A stretch of 64,000 nucleotides of DNA from Escherichia phage UoN_LDJ77_1, in the sequence record OK570375; one strand, written 5' to 3'. The notes beneath the pieces were generated by a model. The model did no database searches, had not been told where the DNA came from, and saw only the letters and a program-made list of their open reading frames with translations. The translations under genes and the position numbers were made by a program. How positions within the stretch are numbered: the stretch's first letter is position 1; each line of letters opens with the position of its first letter. Shown piece after piece: positions 23,432-33,164 of this stretch.

Positions 23432-24526
23432 ATGGCAATTGTTAAAGAAATAACTACTGATTTAATTAAAAAGTCCGGTGAGAAAATTTCAGCCGGACAG
23501 AGCACTAAATCAGAAGTAGTAACTAAAACATACACTGCCCAGTTTCCAACTGGGCGTGCTAGTGGTAATGACACTACAGGGGACTTCCAGGTAACAGATC
23601 TATATAAGAATGGATTATTATTTACTGCATACAATATGTCATCTAGGGATTCTGGAAGTCTTAGATCGATGAGATCTAACTACTCTTCTTCATCTTCGAG
23701 TATTTTAAGTACAGCTAGAAACACTATTAGTAGTACAGTATCAAAACTATCAAATGGATTAATATCAAATAATAATTCAGGAACAATAAGTAAAGCTCCT
23801 GTCGCAAACATTCTTTTACCGAGATCTAAATCTGATGTTGACACATCATCACATAGATTTAATGATGTTCAAGAAAGCCTTATCAGTAGAGGCGGAGGTA
23901 CTGCTACTGGTGTGCTAAGTAATGTTGCTTCAACTGCAGTATTTGGGGCACTGGAAAGTATAACACAAGGTATAATGGCTGATAATAATGAGCAGATTTA
24001 TACGACAGCCAGAAGTATGTACGGTGGTGCTGAAAATAGAACTAAAGTGTTTACATGGGATTTGACTCCACGTTCAACAGAAGATTTAATGGCTATTATT
24101 AATATCTATCAGTATTTTAACTATTTTTCTTATGGTGAAACAGGTAAATCTCAATATGCTGCTGAAATAAAGGGGTATTTAGATGATTGGTATCGTTCTA
24201 CATTAATTGAACCTTTATCTCCGGAAGACGCAGCTAAAAATAAAACACTATTTGAGAAAATGACAGCAAGTTTAACGAACGTTCTTGTAGTTTCAAACCC
24301 GACAGTTTGGATGGTGAAAAACTTTGGTGCAACATCTAAGTTTGATGGAAAAACGGAAATATTTGGTCCATGCCAAATACAGAGCATTAGATTTGATAAA
24401 ACACCTAATGGTAACTTTAACGGATTAGCTATTGCTCCAAACCTCCCTAGTACATTTACTCTCGAGATTACTATGAGAGAAATTATCACGTTAAACCGTG
24501 CTTCTTTATATGCGGGGACTTTTTAA
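23432..24526 (+). CDS. 48: baseplate-tail tube junction protein gp48
   Basis: 364-aa ORF. Confidence 0.9.
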   Translation: MAIVKEITTDLIKKSGEKISAGQSTKSEVVTKTYTAQFPTGRASGNDTTGDFQVTDLYKNGLLFTAYNMSSRDSGSLRSMRSNYSSSSSSILSTARNTISSTVSKLSNGLISNNNSGTISKAPVANILLPRSKSDVDTSSHRFNDVQESLISRGGGTATGVLSNVASTAVFGALESITQGIMADNNEQIYTTARSMYGGAENRTKVFTWDLTPRSTEDLMAIINIYQYFNYFSYGETGKSQYAAEIKGYLDDWYRSTLIEPLSPEDAAKNKTLFEKMTASLTNVLVVSNPTVWMVKNFGATSKFDGKTEIFGPCQIQSIRFDKTPNGNFNGLAIAPNLPSTFTLEITMREIITLNRASLYAGTF

Positions 24527-25491
24527 TGTATTCTTTAGAGGAATTTAATAATCAAGCAATAAACGCAGATTTCCAACGTAATAATATGTTTAGCTGCGTT
24601 TTTGCAACAACTCCATCAACTAAAAGCTCTTCGTTGATAAGTTCAATTAGCAACTTTTCTTATAATAACTTGGGCCTAAATTCAAATTGGTTAGGATTAA
24701 CTCAAGGTGATATTAATCAGGGAATTACCACGCTAATTACAGCTGGCACACAAAAACTGATAAGAAAATCAGGGATTAGTAAATATCTTATTGGTGCCAT
24801 GAGTCAACGTACAGTTCAAAGTTTATTAGGCTCATTTACAGTTGGTACATATTTAATTGACTTCTTTAACATGGCATATAACTCATCTGGATTGATGATA
24901 TACTCTGTAAAAATGCCAGAGAATAGATTATCCTATGAAACTGACTGGAACTATAATTCTCCTAATATTCGTATAACTGGGAGAGAATTAGACCCTTTGG
25001 TTATTTCATTTAGAATGGATTCAGAAGCTTGTAACTATCGTGCAATGCAAGACTGGGTTAACTCTGTTCAAGACCCAGTAACTGGACTACGTGCTTTGCC
25101 GCAAGATGTCGAGGCAGATATTCAGGTTAATCTTCATTCTCGCAATGGATTGCCTCATACTGCGGTGATGTTCACCGGATGCATTCCAGTATCAGTGAGC
25201 GCTCCTGAGCTATCATATGATGGAGATAACCAAATAACTACATTTGATGTTACTTTTGCGTATAGAGTGATGCAGGCTGGAGCAGTTGATAGGCAAGCTG
25301 CGCTTGAATGGCTTGAATCTGCTGCTATAAATGGTATTCAAAGCGTTCTCGGAAATAGTGGAGGTGTTACTGGACTATCTAATTCGCTTTCACGACTCAG
25401 TAGATTAGGTGGAACTGCAGGAAGCATTTCAAACATTAATACTATGACAGGAATTGTCAATTCGCAAAGTAAAATATTAGGAGCAATATAA
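24526..25491 (+). CDS. 54: baseplate-tail tube initiator gp54
   Basis: 321-aa ORF; hairpin terminator follows. Confidence 0.9.
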   Translation: MYSLEEFNNQAINADFQRNNMFSCVFATTPSTKSSSLISSISNFSYNNLGLNSNWLGLTQGDINQGITTLITAGTQKLIRKSGISKYLIGAMSQRTVQSLLGSFTVGTYLIDFFNMAYNSSGLMIYSVKMPENRLSYETDWNYNSPNIRITGRELDPLVISFRMDSEACNYRAMQDWVNSVQDPVTGLRALPQDVEADIQVNLHSRNGLPHTAVMFTGCIPVSVSAPELSYDGDNQITTFDVTFAYRVMQAGAVDRQAALEWLESAAINGIQSVLGNSGGVTGLSNSLSRLSRLGGTAGSISNINTMTGIVNSQSKILGAI

Positions 25492-25495
25492 CAAC

Positions 25496-25512
25496 GGGGA
25501 CCTTTCGGTCCC
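25496..25512 (+). terminator. terminator after gene 54
   Basis: GGGGACC-UUUC-GGUCCCC followed by T-rich tract. Confidence 0.7.
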
Positions 25513-25519
25513 CATATTT

Positions 25520-25810
25520 TTATTTGCGGAATGAAATGAAAGCAGAAACTGAAGCAACTAAACTGTCTTCAATATAAACTTCAATTTTTACCGGAGCTTC
25601 TGACTCAAATTTACCTGTTACTACACCCTGAAAAATACTTTCAGTCTGTTCTGGCTTTGAAAAATTTTCAGAAGGAAAAATTCCGAACTTTTTATCTGTT
25701 CCAAAAATTTTAATAAATTCATCGTAAACCGCTTCGTTAAAAGCATTATCAGCAGGAATAACGCCTTCAACTACAAGTTCTTGACCTAAAAAGCGTAAAG
25801 AAGATTTCAT
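25520..25810 (-). CDS. hypothetical protein (alt.-3-like position)
   Basis: 96-aa ORF with GAGGA SD; early promoter cassette upstream. Confidence 0.65.
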   Translation of the reverse strand: MKSSLRFLGQELVVEGVIPADNAFNEAVYDEFIKIFGTDKKFGIFPSENFSKPEQTESIFQGVVTGKFESEAPVKIEVYIEDSLVASVSAFISFRK

Positions 25811-25837
25811 TTTGTGTTCCTCATGTTATGTCAGTAA

Positions 25838-25871
25838 GACTACTATAACACAACACGAGGGACTTGTAAAC
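25838..25871 (-). promoter_or_regulatory. early promoter (GTTTAC-17-TATAGT) upstream of alt.-3-like ORF
   Basis: Minus strand GTTTACAAGTCCCTCGTGTTGTGTTATAGT; part of a 54-bp duplicated cassette. Confidence 0.55.
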
Positions 25872-26228
25872 TACATTTTGAACTTTTTAGTACGCGGAAT
25901 AGGCATGCGTCGATTTTATACTGTTTCATTGTTTGAAGAGCAGTATCAAAAACAGCATTAATGACACCAATTGGATTTCCACTCAAGTTTTTAAGCTTAA
26001 CTAATGATAGTTTCTCATTAACACCTATCATTACGATATGCATCATTTTATCGCCTGGTTTAACGTTTTATTTGTATCACCGTCAGAGGTGTATGTACAA
26101 AATCTAAATCCAGGAAGTACGCTTTCTTCACCGGCTTGAATAGCAAAAATTTGAGGTATTTTATGCTTAGGATTTAAGTTAACAACCGGCGCCGAAGCGC
26201 CGTCAAATAATTCTGTAATAAGTTCCAT
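25843..26228 (-). pseudogene. frameshifted remnant of an alt N-terminal paralog
   Basis: Two short ORFs (61 and 67 aa) in different frames that together align with Alt residues 1-130 (MELITELFD...; MMHIV...KQYKIDAC). Confidence 0.7.
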
Positions 26229-26231
26229 GAT

Positions 26232-28328
26232 TTATCCTTGAACGAACTTGTAAGGCATGTTTGTAATATCTATGCAAGACGCAATAATTCCAAGAGATGA
26301 TTCTACTTTCTGTTTAACGTTTGATGAAACAAATGATGCAAAGTCAACTCTGTCTTCTATTTCAATATCACCTGTCATTGCAACCAATTCACCAGTTTCC
26401 ATTAAATGGTCTCCATCATAGATTACCGATTCGGTGAGCTCTTCCGTGGTCATAACTTCAGCTTGAATGAGTTTTGTATTATTAGATGTTGTTCCGTCAT
26501 TATTAGAAGCATCAGTTATTTTATTAACTTTGACCATCAATCCACGCGGTAGAATAACTTCAGCTTCTGTTGCTATTCCGAGACTTCCTGGATATACAAC
26601 ATTAACTTTATGAGCTCCATCAATTGCCCATCCTATTTGAACTTTAACGTATTCAGGATTTTCTTTATACGCTCTTATTTCGTTTGGATTAATAGTTATT
26701 CCTTCTTCATTTTTATCAACTGTTAATTCATTGCGAGCTTCTGGTTCTAAAAGACCAATACCAGCATGTGTAATTCCAAAACGTCCAAAAATGATAGGAG
26801 TTAAAGAAGTAGATACAAAATTTCTGAAATAGAATACTTTATTTTTAACTAGTGCTTCGTATATAGGAGCAGTCATACTTTGAGCACGATAAACTGTAAT
26901 GCCTTCTGGTATACGATCACCATTTTCAAAAGCAGAATCTAAATTAGTTATAGCAGCTTCAATTTCTTTTTCACTCATTACTTCATAACGTTCTGGATCA
27001 TAACGACCCAAAAGAAGATTATTGATGTCAGTATATCCTGAACCGCAATACTCTCTAATGCCACGCTTTTGTGATGGAGTATATTTAGAACCATCACGGG
27101 CAATAGTAATATCAATCATTGGACCTGCACCAATTCCAGAGAAACTATAAATCATTCTTTTGAGGAATTTAGTTTTTGTCGCGTTCCAGGAATTTTTAGT
27201 TATTTCTTCCCAGACTTCATCTGGCTGTCCTTTACGGGTTTTATTATGTTTATCAAGCCAAGTATCTTTATATTCTTCAAATAATTGATTAACAGCTGCT
27301 GCGTATTTCTCTAAACATTTTATTGAAGTAGTCGGTTCATTTTTAATCGCATTAAGAATTACATCTTTAATTTTTTCAGAAACTTCATTAACCTCACTTT
27401 TTGAAAAGAATTTATAGTCATAATGAAGTTCATCTGCAGTTCCTTCGGCAATGATTTTTGCTGCCTTAGTTTTAGAAGCTAATGAATTAATTCCAATTTT
27501 CATTTCTTCTGCTTCGGGAATTAAAGGTGCAGTAGCTGGTTTATTAAAATTAGCTGCTGTAGATTCATACTTCTGGAATAATTCACTTTCAAATCTAGAA
27601 GACTCTAATGATTGACTTTGTGCAATTGCTCTACGGGAAATTTTAACTTTAACGATTACAGCTTGGTCAGAACGTTTATCATTTTCTTGTGCAATAGATG
27701 CTGCAATTGCCCCATTTTTAGTTACTTGAGCTCCAGTATCTTTATTGATATAAACATCACCGACCTTCGATTCAACTTTAGTAAAGAGCTCGGTACTAAT
27801 TTCCGGAACCCCTGGAATGTCTTCTAGTGATACATTTTTGCGATGTATAAGAATATATGCATACTTTTTATCATAATCCCAGAGTTCCTTAAGAAGGACG
27901 TATCTGCCACCTGAACGACTACGGATAAGTCTATCAGCAATAACTTGAATTTGTCGAGCTTGACCAGCAGTTTTAGACTTAAGAATACGGAGCATACAGG
28001 CATCAATTTTATACTGACGCATTGTTTGCATTGCAACAGTAAAAACCGAATTGATATAATTAATTGGGCTTGGACCAAGACCTTTCAATTTAGCAATTGA
28101 ACCTTTAGCGGTTAATGTAAAAGGAACAATATGCATCATTTTATCGCCCATCTTTAAATCACGATTAGTATCACCTCCAGATGTATAGGTACATAAACGA
28201 AAGCCTGGTTGTTCAATTGCATCATCAACATGAACTGAAAAAATTTGTGGTATTTTCTTCTTTGGATTTAAGTTTGTAATCGGAAGAGTAGTATCTTCGT
28301 CAAATAATTCTGTAATTAGTTCCATCAT
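26232..28328 (-). CDS. alt: Alt ADP-ribosyltransferase (packaged)
   Basis: 698-aa ORF, T4 Alt-like; late promoter on minus strand at 28349. Confidence 0.9.
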   Translation of the reverse strand: MMELITELFDEDTTLPITNLNPKKKIPQIFSVHVDDAIEQPGFRLCTYTSGGDTNRDLKMGDKMMHIVPFTLTAKGSIAKLKGLGPSPINYINSVFTVAMQTMRQYKIDACMLRILKSKTAGQARQIQVIADRLIRSRSGGRYVLLKELWDYDKKYAYILIHRKNVSLEDIPGVPEISTELFTKVESKVGDVYINKDTGAQVTKNGAIAASIAQENDKRSDQAVIVKVKISRRAIAQSQSLESSRFESELFQKYESTAANFNKPATAPLIPEAEEMKIGINSLASKTKAAKIIAEGTADELHYDYKFFSKSEVNEVSEKIKDVILNAIKNEPTTSIKCLEKYAAAVNQLFEEYKDTWLDKHNKTRKGQPDEVWEEITKNSWNATKTKFLKRMIYSFSGIGAGPMIDITIARDGSKYTPSQKRGIREYCGSGYTDINNLLLGRYDPERYEVMSEKEIEAAITNLDSAFENGDRIPEGITVYRAQSMTAPIYEALVKNKVFYFRNFVSTSLTPIIFGRFGITHAGIGLLEPEARNELTVDKNEEGITINPNEIRAYKENPEYVKVQIGWAIDGAHKVNVVYPGSLGIATEAEVILPRGLMVKVNKITDASNNDGTTSNNTKLIQAEVMTTEELTESVIYDGDHLMETGELVAMTGDIEIEDRVDFASFVSSNVKQKVESSLGIIASCIDITNMPYKFVQG

Positions 28329-28348
28329 ATCCTCTCTAGTGTTTATTC

Positions 28349-28356
28349 TATTTATA
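28349..28356 (-). promoter_or_regulatory. late promoter TATAAATA (alt)
   Basis: Minus-strand TATAAATA about 20 nt upstream of alt start; alt encodes a virion-packaged protein. Confidence 0.65.
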
Positions 28357-28361
28357 AAATT

Positions 28362-28379
28362 AAAGGCCCGAAGGCCTTT
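28362..28379 (-). terminator. terminator upstream of alt late promoter
   Basis: AAAGGCC-UUCG-GGCCUUU on minus strand then U-rich. Confidence 0.6.
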
Positions 28380-28566
28380 AGTAATCTAGTGGTAAGAGAG
28401 TACGATATATTTCAAACTTTGGTCCTTTTTCATAGGCATCAAATGTTTCTGTAAATTTATTATAAGCGTATGCATCTACAAATTCGAGAATGACTTGTGA
28501 TACAGAAGTAGAAACATCTCCACCTTCTTTTTGAGCAATGACAATTGTTTCTAAGTAAGCTTTCAT
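28378..28566 (-). CDS. hypothetical protein
   Basis: 62-aa ORF overlapping stop of ligase gene (ATGA); terminator hairpin follows. Confidence 0.55.
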   Translation of the reverse strand: MKAYLETIVIAQKEGGDVSTSVSQVILEFVDAYAYNKFTETFDAYEKGPKFEIYRTLLPLDY

Positions 28567-30026
28567 AGACCAGTTACCTCATGAAAATCACCAAATACAT
28601 CCTCGAATGTATTAGCTTTAGTTTTATCTTCACGTAAACGAATCGCAATCGGAAGAAATAATTTAACGTAATCAGTGCGGCCATCAGATTTTAACCAACC
28701 GTTGCATTCGCACTCTAGAATTTTTCCAATATAATAATTTTGGTTTTCTATAATGCGAGTACGGTCAAGTTCATGTGATTTTACACCGGCTTTATCTTTT
28801 AAGCCTGAACCAGCATTTACCTTAATTTTTCCACACTCTGACTCAAGAATAAATCCACCCGCTTTAGTAGGGTCTTTACGGTGAGGATAAATTCCTACAA
28901 TTTTTAAATCAACATCAATTACTTCTTTAAATTTATAGAGATTTTTTGAACGAGCATTTTCCCATAATCCATCGATATTTTTGAGAATAATACCTTCAAG
29001 ACCTTGGTCAATATACTTTTTATAAATTACCTTAGCTTCATCTAGGTTATTTACTACCTGGTTTTCAATTAAAATTACTTTATCATAGCCTGATGTCATT
29101 TGTTCTAGTTTAGAAAAACGTACATCATATTTTAAACGAAACGCCGGAAGACCGTATATTTCTACCAACGGGACATAATCCCAGACCTGAAACTTCATGC
29201 ATTGAGCTTCTTTTTCGGAAATGGTTCCCTTTAAAGATTTATTAGCGATTCCATTAGAAGTAGTACGTGATTCAGCTACTTCGGCGAATTCTTTAGCTTT
29301 ACTAATTTCAGGATAAGCATCAAAAAGAAAATCTAGGCCTTCTGGCTCCTTTTTAACCTGCTCATGGTATACCAATTCGCCATCAATTAACACACCTTCT
29401 GGATGAATCTGGCGAGCTTCTGCAGTCATTTTGATTAACTCTTCCTTGAGAAGATCTAATCCTAGATATTCATTACCAGCTCGTGATAAAAGACGAACAT
29501 CATCTAATTCATCACCTCTGACTTCAGCAAAGCACCGAGCTCCATCAGCTTTTAACTGGGCAAAAGCTGGAAATTTGATATTCTTATTAATGCCTTTTTC
29601 ATCATAAGAACTTGCCAGCATTTGAGGTTGTTCAGGAATTAAACCTGGCCAAACTTTATTTGCAATAGATACAGAAGCACCACATTCAAGGTCTCGCATC
29701 ATTACTCGACGTAATACTTCAACATCATCTTTTTTACCATCGGTGATATATCCGATTAATTCCTCAATTGCCGCATTTCCAGTCAATTTCCGAGTAGCTA
29801 ACGTGAATTCAATGAAGTCAAGCATATCGGTAAGAGTCAACATTCCAAAACTCTGGGTAGTAATACCCGGTTTAGGCCATTTCTTGATATAATACTGTAA
29901 CCCACGAGAATAAGTCAGACGATATACTCGTTTAAGCAATTCATTATCTTTATTCTTTTCAAGAATTGCTTGCTTCTGCTTAGTTGAACCAATAGATGCT
30001 ATTTCGTTCAGAATTTTAAGAATCAT
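28563..30026 (-). CDS. 30: ATP-dependent DNA ligase gp30
   Basis: 487-aa ORF; adenylation motif KADG. Confidence 0.95.
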   Translation of the reverse strand: MILKILNEIASIGSTKQKQAILEKNKDNELLKRVYRLTYSRGLQYYIKKWPKPGITTQSFGMLTLTDMLDFIEFTLATRKLTGNAAIEELIGYITDGKKDDVEVLRRVMMRDLECGASVSIANKVWPGLIPEQPQMLASSYDEKGINKNIKFPAFAQLKADGARCFAEVRGDELDDVRLLSRAGNEYLGLDLLKEELIKMTAEARQIHPEGVLIDGELVYHEQVKKEPEGLDFLFDAYPEISKAKEFAEVAESRTTSNGIANKSLKGTISEKEAQCMKFQVWDYVPLVEIYGLPAFRLKYDVRFSKLEQMTSGYDKVILIENQVVNNLDEAKVIYKKYIDQGLEGIILKNIDGLWENARSKNLYKFKEVIDVDLKIVGIYPHRKDPTKAGGFILESECGKIKVNAGSGLKDKAGVKSHELDRTRIIENQNYYIGKILECECNGWLKSDGRTDYVKLFLPIAIRLREDKTKANTFEDVFGDFHEVTGL

Positions 30027-30292
30027 TGTTCATCCTTTAGAGTTTGGTTTACAGCTCTATTATAAATCAATTCATCATTAAGCTCAGTCAAAGACCTGTG
30101 GTACGTGGTTCTAACTTTATTTCCTTGCATCCAGTGCTTGACGTAAATGAAACCTTGCTCTACACATTTTTTAAAAATTCGTTCGTCTTTTTGAGCTCGG
30201 AATTCTGGATTGCATCTAAAAAATTGATTTACGTGACCGTAATCACGTGTAGTATTACCTTCATTTTCATAAATAGTGTGAACAACAAACAT
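30023..30292 (-). CDS. hypothetical protein (30.1 position)
   Basis: 89-aa ORF overlapping neighbours. Confidence 0.6.
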   Translation of the reverse strand: MFVVHTIYENEGNTTRDYGHVNQFFRCNPEFRAQKDERIFKKCVEQGFIYVKHWMQGNKVRTTYHRSLTELNDELIYNRAVNQTLKDEQ

Positions 30293-31134
30293 TAGAATGC
30301 TCCTTGGAAAATATTATCACCGCTAGTAGGTCTATTATACAAATACTCTATGCCACCAGGTTTAATATAGTTCCATGTATGAAATGGATGCACATGATAT
30401 GGATGTGTATAATATGGATGGTATGGATTTAATCCAGGGGTTCTCCAGGTAGTATTCCAACGAAAAGAATCGTTTTTAATCATCTTTTCAATTACATCTT
30501 TTATAGCTTTTTCACTATCAAAACTTTCTTTATTTTCCTTCGATGGAAAAAGCTTATTCTCTACATCATTCCATGTATAAACTCGCTGTGCAGTTTTTGG
30601 AATACTATCACGCTCCCCTCGAGCCATCCAATAAACAGGAACATTTAATATTTCACTCGCGTGATCGCAGTGGTGAGCGAGATCGTCAATATAACAAATT
30701 ACGTTATATTTCTCTTTTGCCTTTTTGAACAACTCTTCTTTTGAAGAATCATGACCACACATCAATACTTCTGAAAAGGCACCAGGAAAAAGAGCATTCA
30801 AATTAAATTGACGATTCAGCAGAGCGTCAATAGAATCACCCAATGCTGTAACAGCTACAAAATTATAATCTTCTTTTAATTTGTTAATTACACACAGGGC
30901 ATCTTTATATGGAGACAAATATCGAATAAAATCTGAGCGATTATACTTTTCGATTAATTTAACACCAAGTTCTTCATCGCAATTAAAGAGCTTACCAGGA
31001 GAAATAAATTTTTCATCCTGAATCATTTTTAAAATATGTTCTAACGGAAGATTATATTTTTGGGCAAAATAAGGAAGGCCTGATTGCCAGCTTAAACATA
31101 CACCATCAATATCAGTCAAAATAGTAGGCTTCAT
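30292..31134 (-). CDS. HAD-like hydrolase (30.2 position)
   Basis: 280-aa ORF with N-terminal DIDGV (HAD motif I) and P/H/Y-rich C-terminal tail. Confidence 0.7.
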   Translation of the reverse strand: MKPTILTDIDGVCLSWQSGLPYFAQKYNLPLEHILKMIQDEKFISPGKLFNCDEELGVKLIEKYNRSDFIRYLSPYKDALCVINKLKEDYNFVAVTALGDSIDALLNRQFNLNALFPGAFSEVLMCGHDSSKEELFKKAKEKYNVICYIDDLAHHCDHASEILNVPVYWMARGERDSIPKTAQRVYTWNDVENKLFPSKENKESFDSEKAIKDVIEKMIKNDSFRWNTTWRTPGLNPYHPYYTHPYHVHPFHTWNYIKPGGIEYLYNRPTSGDNIFQGAF

Positions 31135-31595
31135 AGAGAGTCTCTTAATAGGTTTAACACATCAATAAATTCAGCTTCGGTTAGTATTGTATCATCTTTT
31201 GTTAGACCACTAGCCATGCTATGCTTCAAAATTTTTCCTTTAGAGGCTTGTAAGGCATCACGAAACCCCTTGTTTTGGATCGCTGCTTCAAAATATGCAT
31301 TTGTGTACAATTCTTTCCACGCTGGGGAGTATCTTGAAAACGGAACTCCGAGCCAGAAGAGGGTCCCACGGTCCTGAGCTCTTGCATAAGACCTTCCAGC
31401 TTGTTGGGCGGCAAGCCCGGATAACCCAAATATACGTCTTTGCTGCTCAACATTTTTCACCTTGCATCCTTGGAGGAATCCTTCGAGACCTCCAAATTGA
31501 ATACCATCCATGACGAAAGGCCATTGGGCGAAATTACTTAATGCGCATGATGGCCATCTAAAATTGCTTCTAATCTCTAACTCAGACATTTTCAA
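31131..31595 (-). CDS. NADAR/YbiA-like (DUF1768) protein (30.3 position)
   Basis: 154-aa ORF; LSNF-x2-PF-x2-DG-x2F...E...Q..K pattern characteristic of NADAR domain. Confidence 0.7.
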   Translation of the reverse strand: MKMSELEIRSNFRWPSCALSNFAQWPFVMDGIQFGGLEGFLQGCKVKNVEQQRRIFGLSGLAAQQAGRSYARAQDRGTLFWLGVPFSRYSPAWKELYTNAYFEAAIQNKGFRDALQASKGKILKHSMASGLTKDDTILTEAEFIDVLNLLRDSL

Positions 31596-31788
31596 TACTT
31601 ATAATTTCAACATCAGCCCAATGACCATAGCAAGGAAGACGAAATTCAACTGGCCAGTTAGGGTCCTTTTCTAATATAATAGACTCAACTTGTGGTTCTT
31701 CATGTTCATCAGTATATGGATTTTTATCTGTTACTTTATATGTGACCTTAATGTATTGAATTCCAAAAATCTTATTAATTATATTCAT
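31582..31788 (-). CDS. hypothetical protein
   Basis: 68-aa ORF in tightly packed operon. Confidence 0.5.
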   Translation of the reverse strand: MNIINKIFGIQYIKVTYKVTDKNPYTDEHEEPQVESIILEKDPNWPVEFRLPCYGHWADVEIISIENV

Positions 31789-31982
31789 ACTAATTCCTTT
31801 AATCCATAGATAGGAGATAATTCATCACCCATACGAAGGTCTTCATTTCCATCTACCCAGGAAACAATATAAGCCTCTTTTATTTGAATACCACTCCATT
31901 TAAATGGAGGTAGAACCTTAGAAATTAATCCAGGTATACCAACTCCCTTTAATTCAACAGTTTGACCTAAAAAGAATTTCAT
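31785..31982 (-). CDS. hypothetical protein
   Basis: 65-aa ORF in tightly packed operon. Confidence 0.5.
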   Translation of the reverse strand: MKFFLGQTVELKGVGIPGLISKVLPPFKWSGIQIKEAYIVSWVDGNEDLRMGDELSPIYGLKELV

Positions 31983-32269
31983 TAGAACCTCATCTGAAAA
32001 CCATGCGATTTAACATTACCGCCGCCAATATCAGAAATGTTAATTTCACGCGCAATCGAAGGATCGATGTCAATTTCACGATTAAGTTTAGCGATAGCTA
32101 AAGTATCACGCCCATTTACAGTACGGAACTCTAAAGGACAAACCACATCAACGTAATTTTTAATCGATTCACTGGTAGGTTGCAAATGAGCAGGAAGGTC
32201 TTTAGGCGCCTTTGAGAAAACCACTTCACAGAAATTTTTACGGGTATCAAAATAAGTAGTCATAAACAT
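31982..32269 (-). CDS. hypothetical protein
   Basis: 95-aa ORF. Confidence 0.55.
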   Translation of the reverse strand: MFMTTYFDTRKNFCEVVFSKAPKDLPAHLQPTSESIKNYVDVVCPLEFRTVNGRDTLAIAKLNREIDIDPSIAREINISDIGGGNVKSHGFQMRF

Positions 32270-32310
32270 AGTATTTTCCTCAGTAAGGGGCCGAAGCCCC
32301 TCATTTTATT

Positions 32311-32676
32311 TTAAATATCAAATTCGTTAAGAACTACATCAAAGATTGCTTCAAGATGCTCAGGTTTAGCTCTGTTACTCAAAATATGACGAATCCAAGT
32401 TTTAACCAGAAGCTTACGATTGACGCCATTCCAGCAAGGATGAGTACCTAAATCACGTTGACGGAAATCATCATCTAAAGCGATTTTAAAAGAAGAACCT
32501 TCTTTCGTGATTGAAACCGTGATGCCATTTTCAAATCGCATATAAACGTAGTTAGGAGTCATATACTGTTCAATTTCGCATACTGATCCATTTTGATGTT
32601 TCCAAAGGCAGATAGTATCAATAGAACCTGCAATACCGTTAGAAACATATTTACGTTCAAAGTTGATGTAGTTCAT
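32311..32676 (-). CDS. hypothetical protein
   Basis: 121-aa ORF. Confidence 0.55.
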   Translation of the reverse strand: MNYINFERKYVSNGIAGSIDTICLWKHQNGSVCEIEQYMTPNYVYMRFENGITVSITKEGSSFKIALDDDFRQRDLGTHPCWNGVNRKLLVKTWIRHILSNRAKPEHLEAIFDVVLNEFDI

Positions 32677-32744
32677 TTTTATTCTCCGAGATGTTTAATT
32701 GCGGTACAGGTATATAATATCATATCCTGTACCAAAGTAAACAA

Positions 32745-33077
32745 TTATTTTACTACTTTCCAGTGCTTCATGTCAAGTTTACCGACTTTTTTCATCTTCT
32801 CAATTAAGCGTTCGGCACGTTGGCGAGCTGTAACATAATACCATTCACCTAATTCATTTTGTTCAATTTTTCCAACGATTACTGTATTCAATTCATAAAT
32901 CCAACCAGTAAAGAAATTATGAACTTGAATTGTAAAGGTGAAATCTGTTCCCATACCTTCTGTTGTTTCTACTTCAATAATATCACCTTCAACTGCCATT
33001 AAGAACCACATAGTTTCGTTATATTCACCATTGAAGCATTTAGCTTTAACTGAAGCGTTCAGATTAATCGTTTTCAT
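32745..33077 (-). CDS. hypothetical protein
   Basis: 110-aa ORF; early promoter-like element upstream. Confidence 0.55.
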   Translation of the reverse strand: MKTINLNASVKAKCFNGEYNETMWFLMAVEGDIIEVETTEGMGTDFTFTIQVHNFFTGWIYELNTVIVGKIEQNELGEWYYVTARQRAERLIEKMKKVGKLDMKHWKVVK

Positions 33078-33104
33078 TTTATTCTCCTTTGTTTGTGTAA
33101 GATA

Positions 33105-33134
33105 ATACTATCACAAAGGAACCATACTGTAAAC
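33105..33134 (-). promoter_or_regulatory. early promoter-like element upstream of ORF 32745-33077
   Basis: Minus strand GTTTAC-17/18-ATAGTAT. Confidence 0.45.
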
Positions 33135-33164
33135 AACTTTATGCAATCGTTGGAAAATAAAAAA

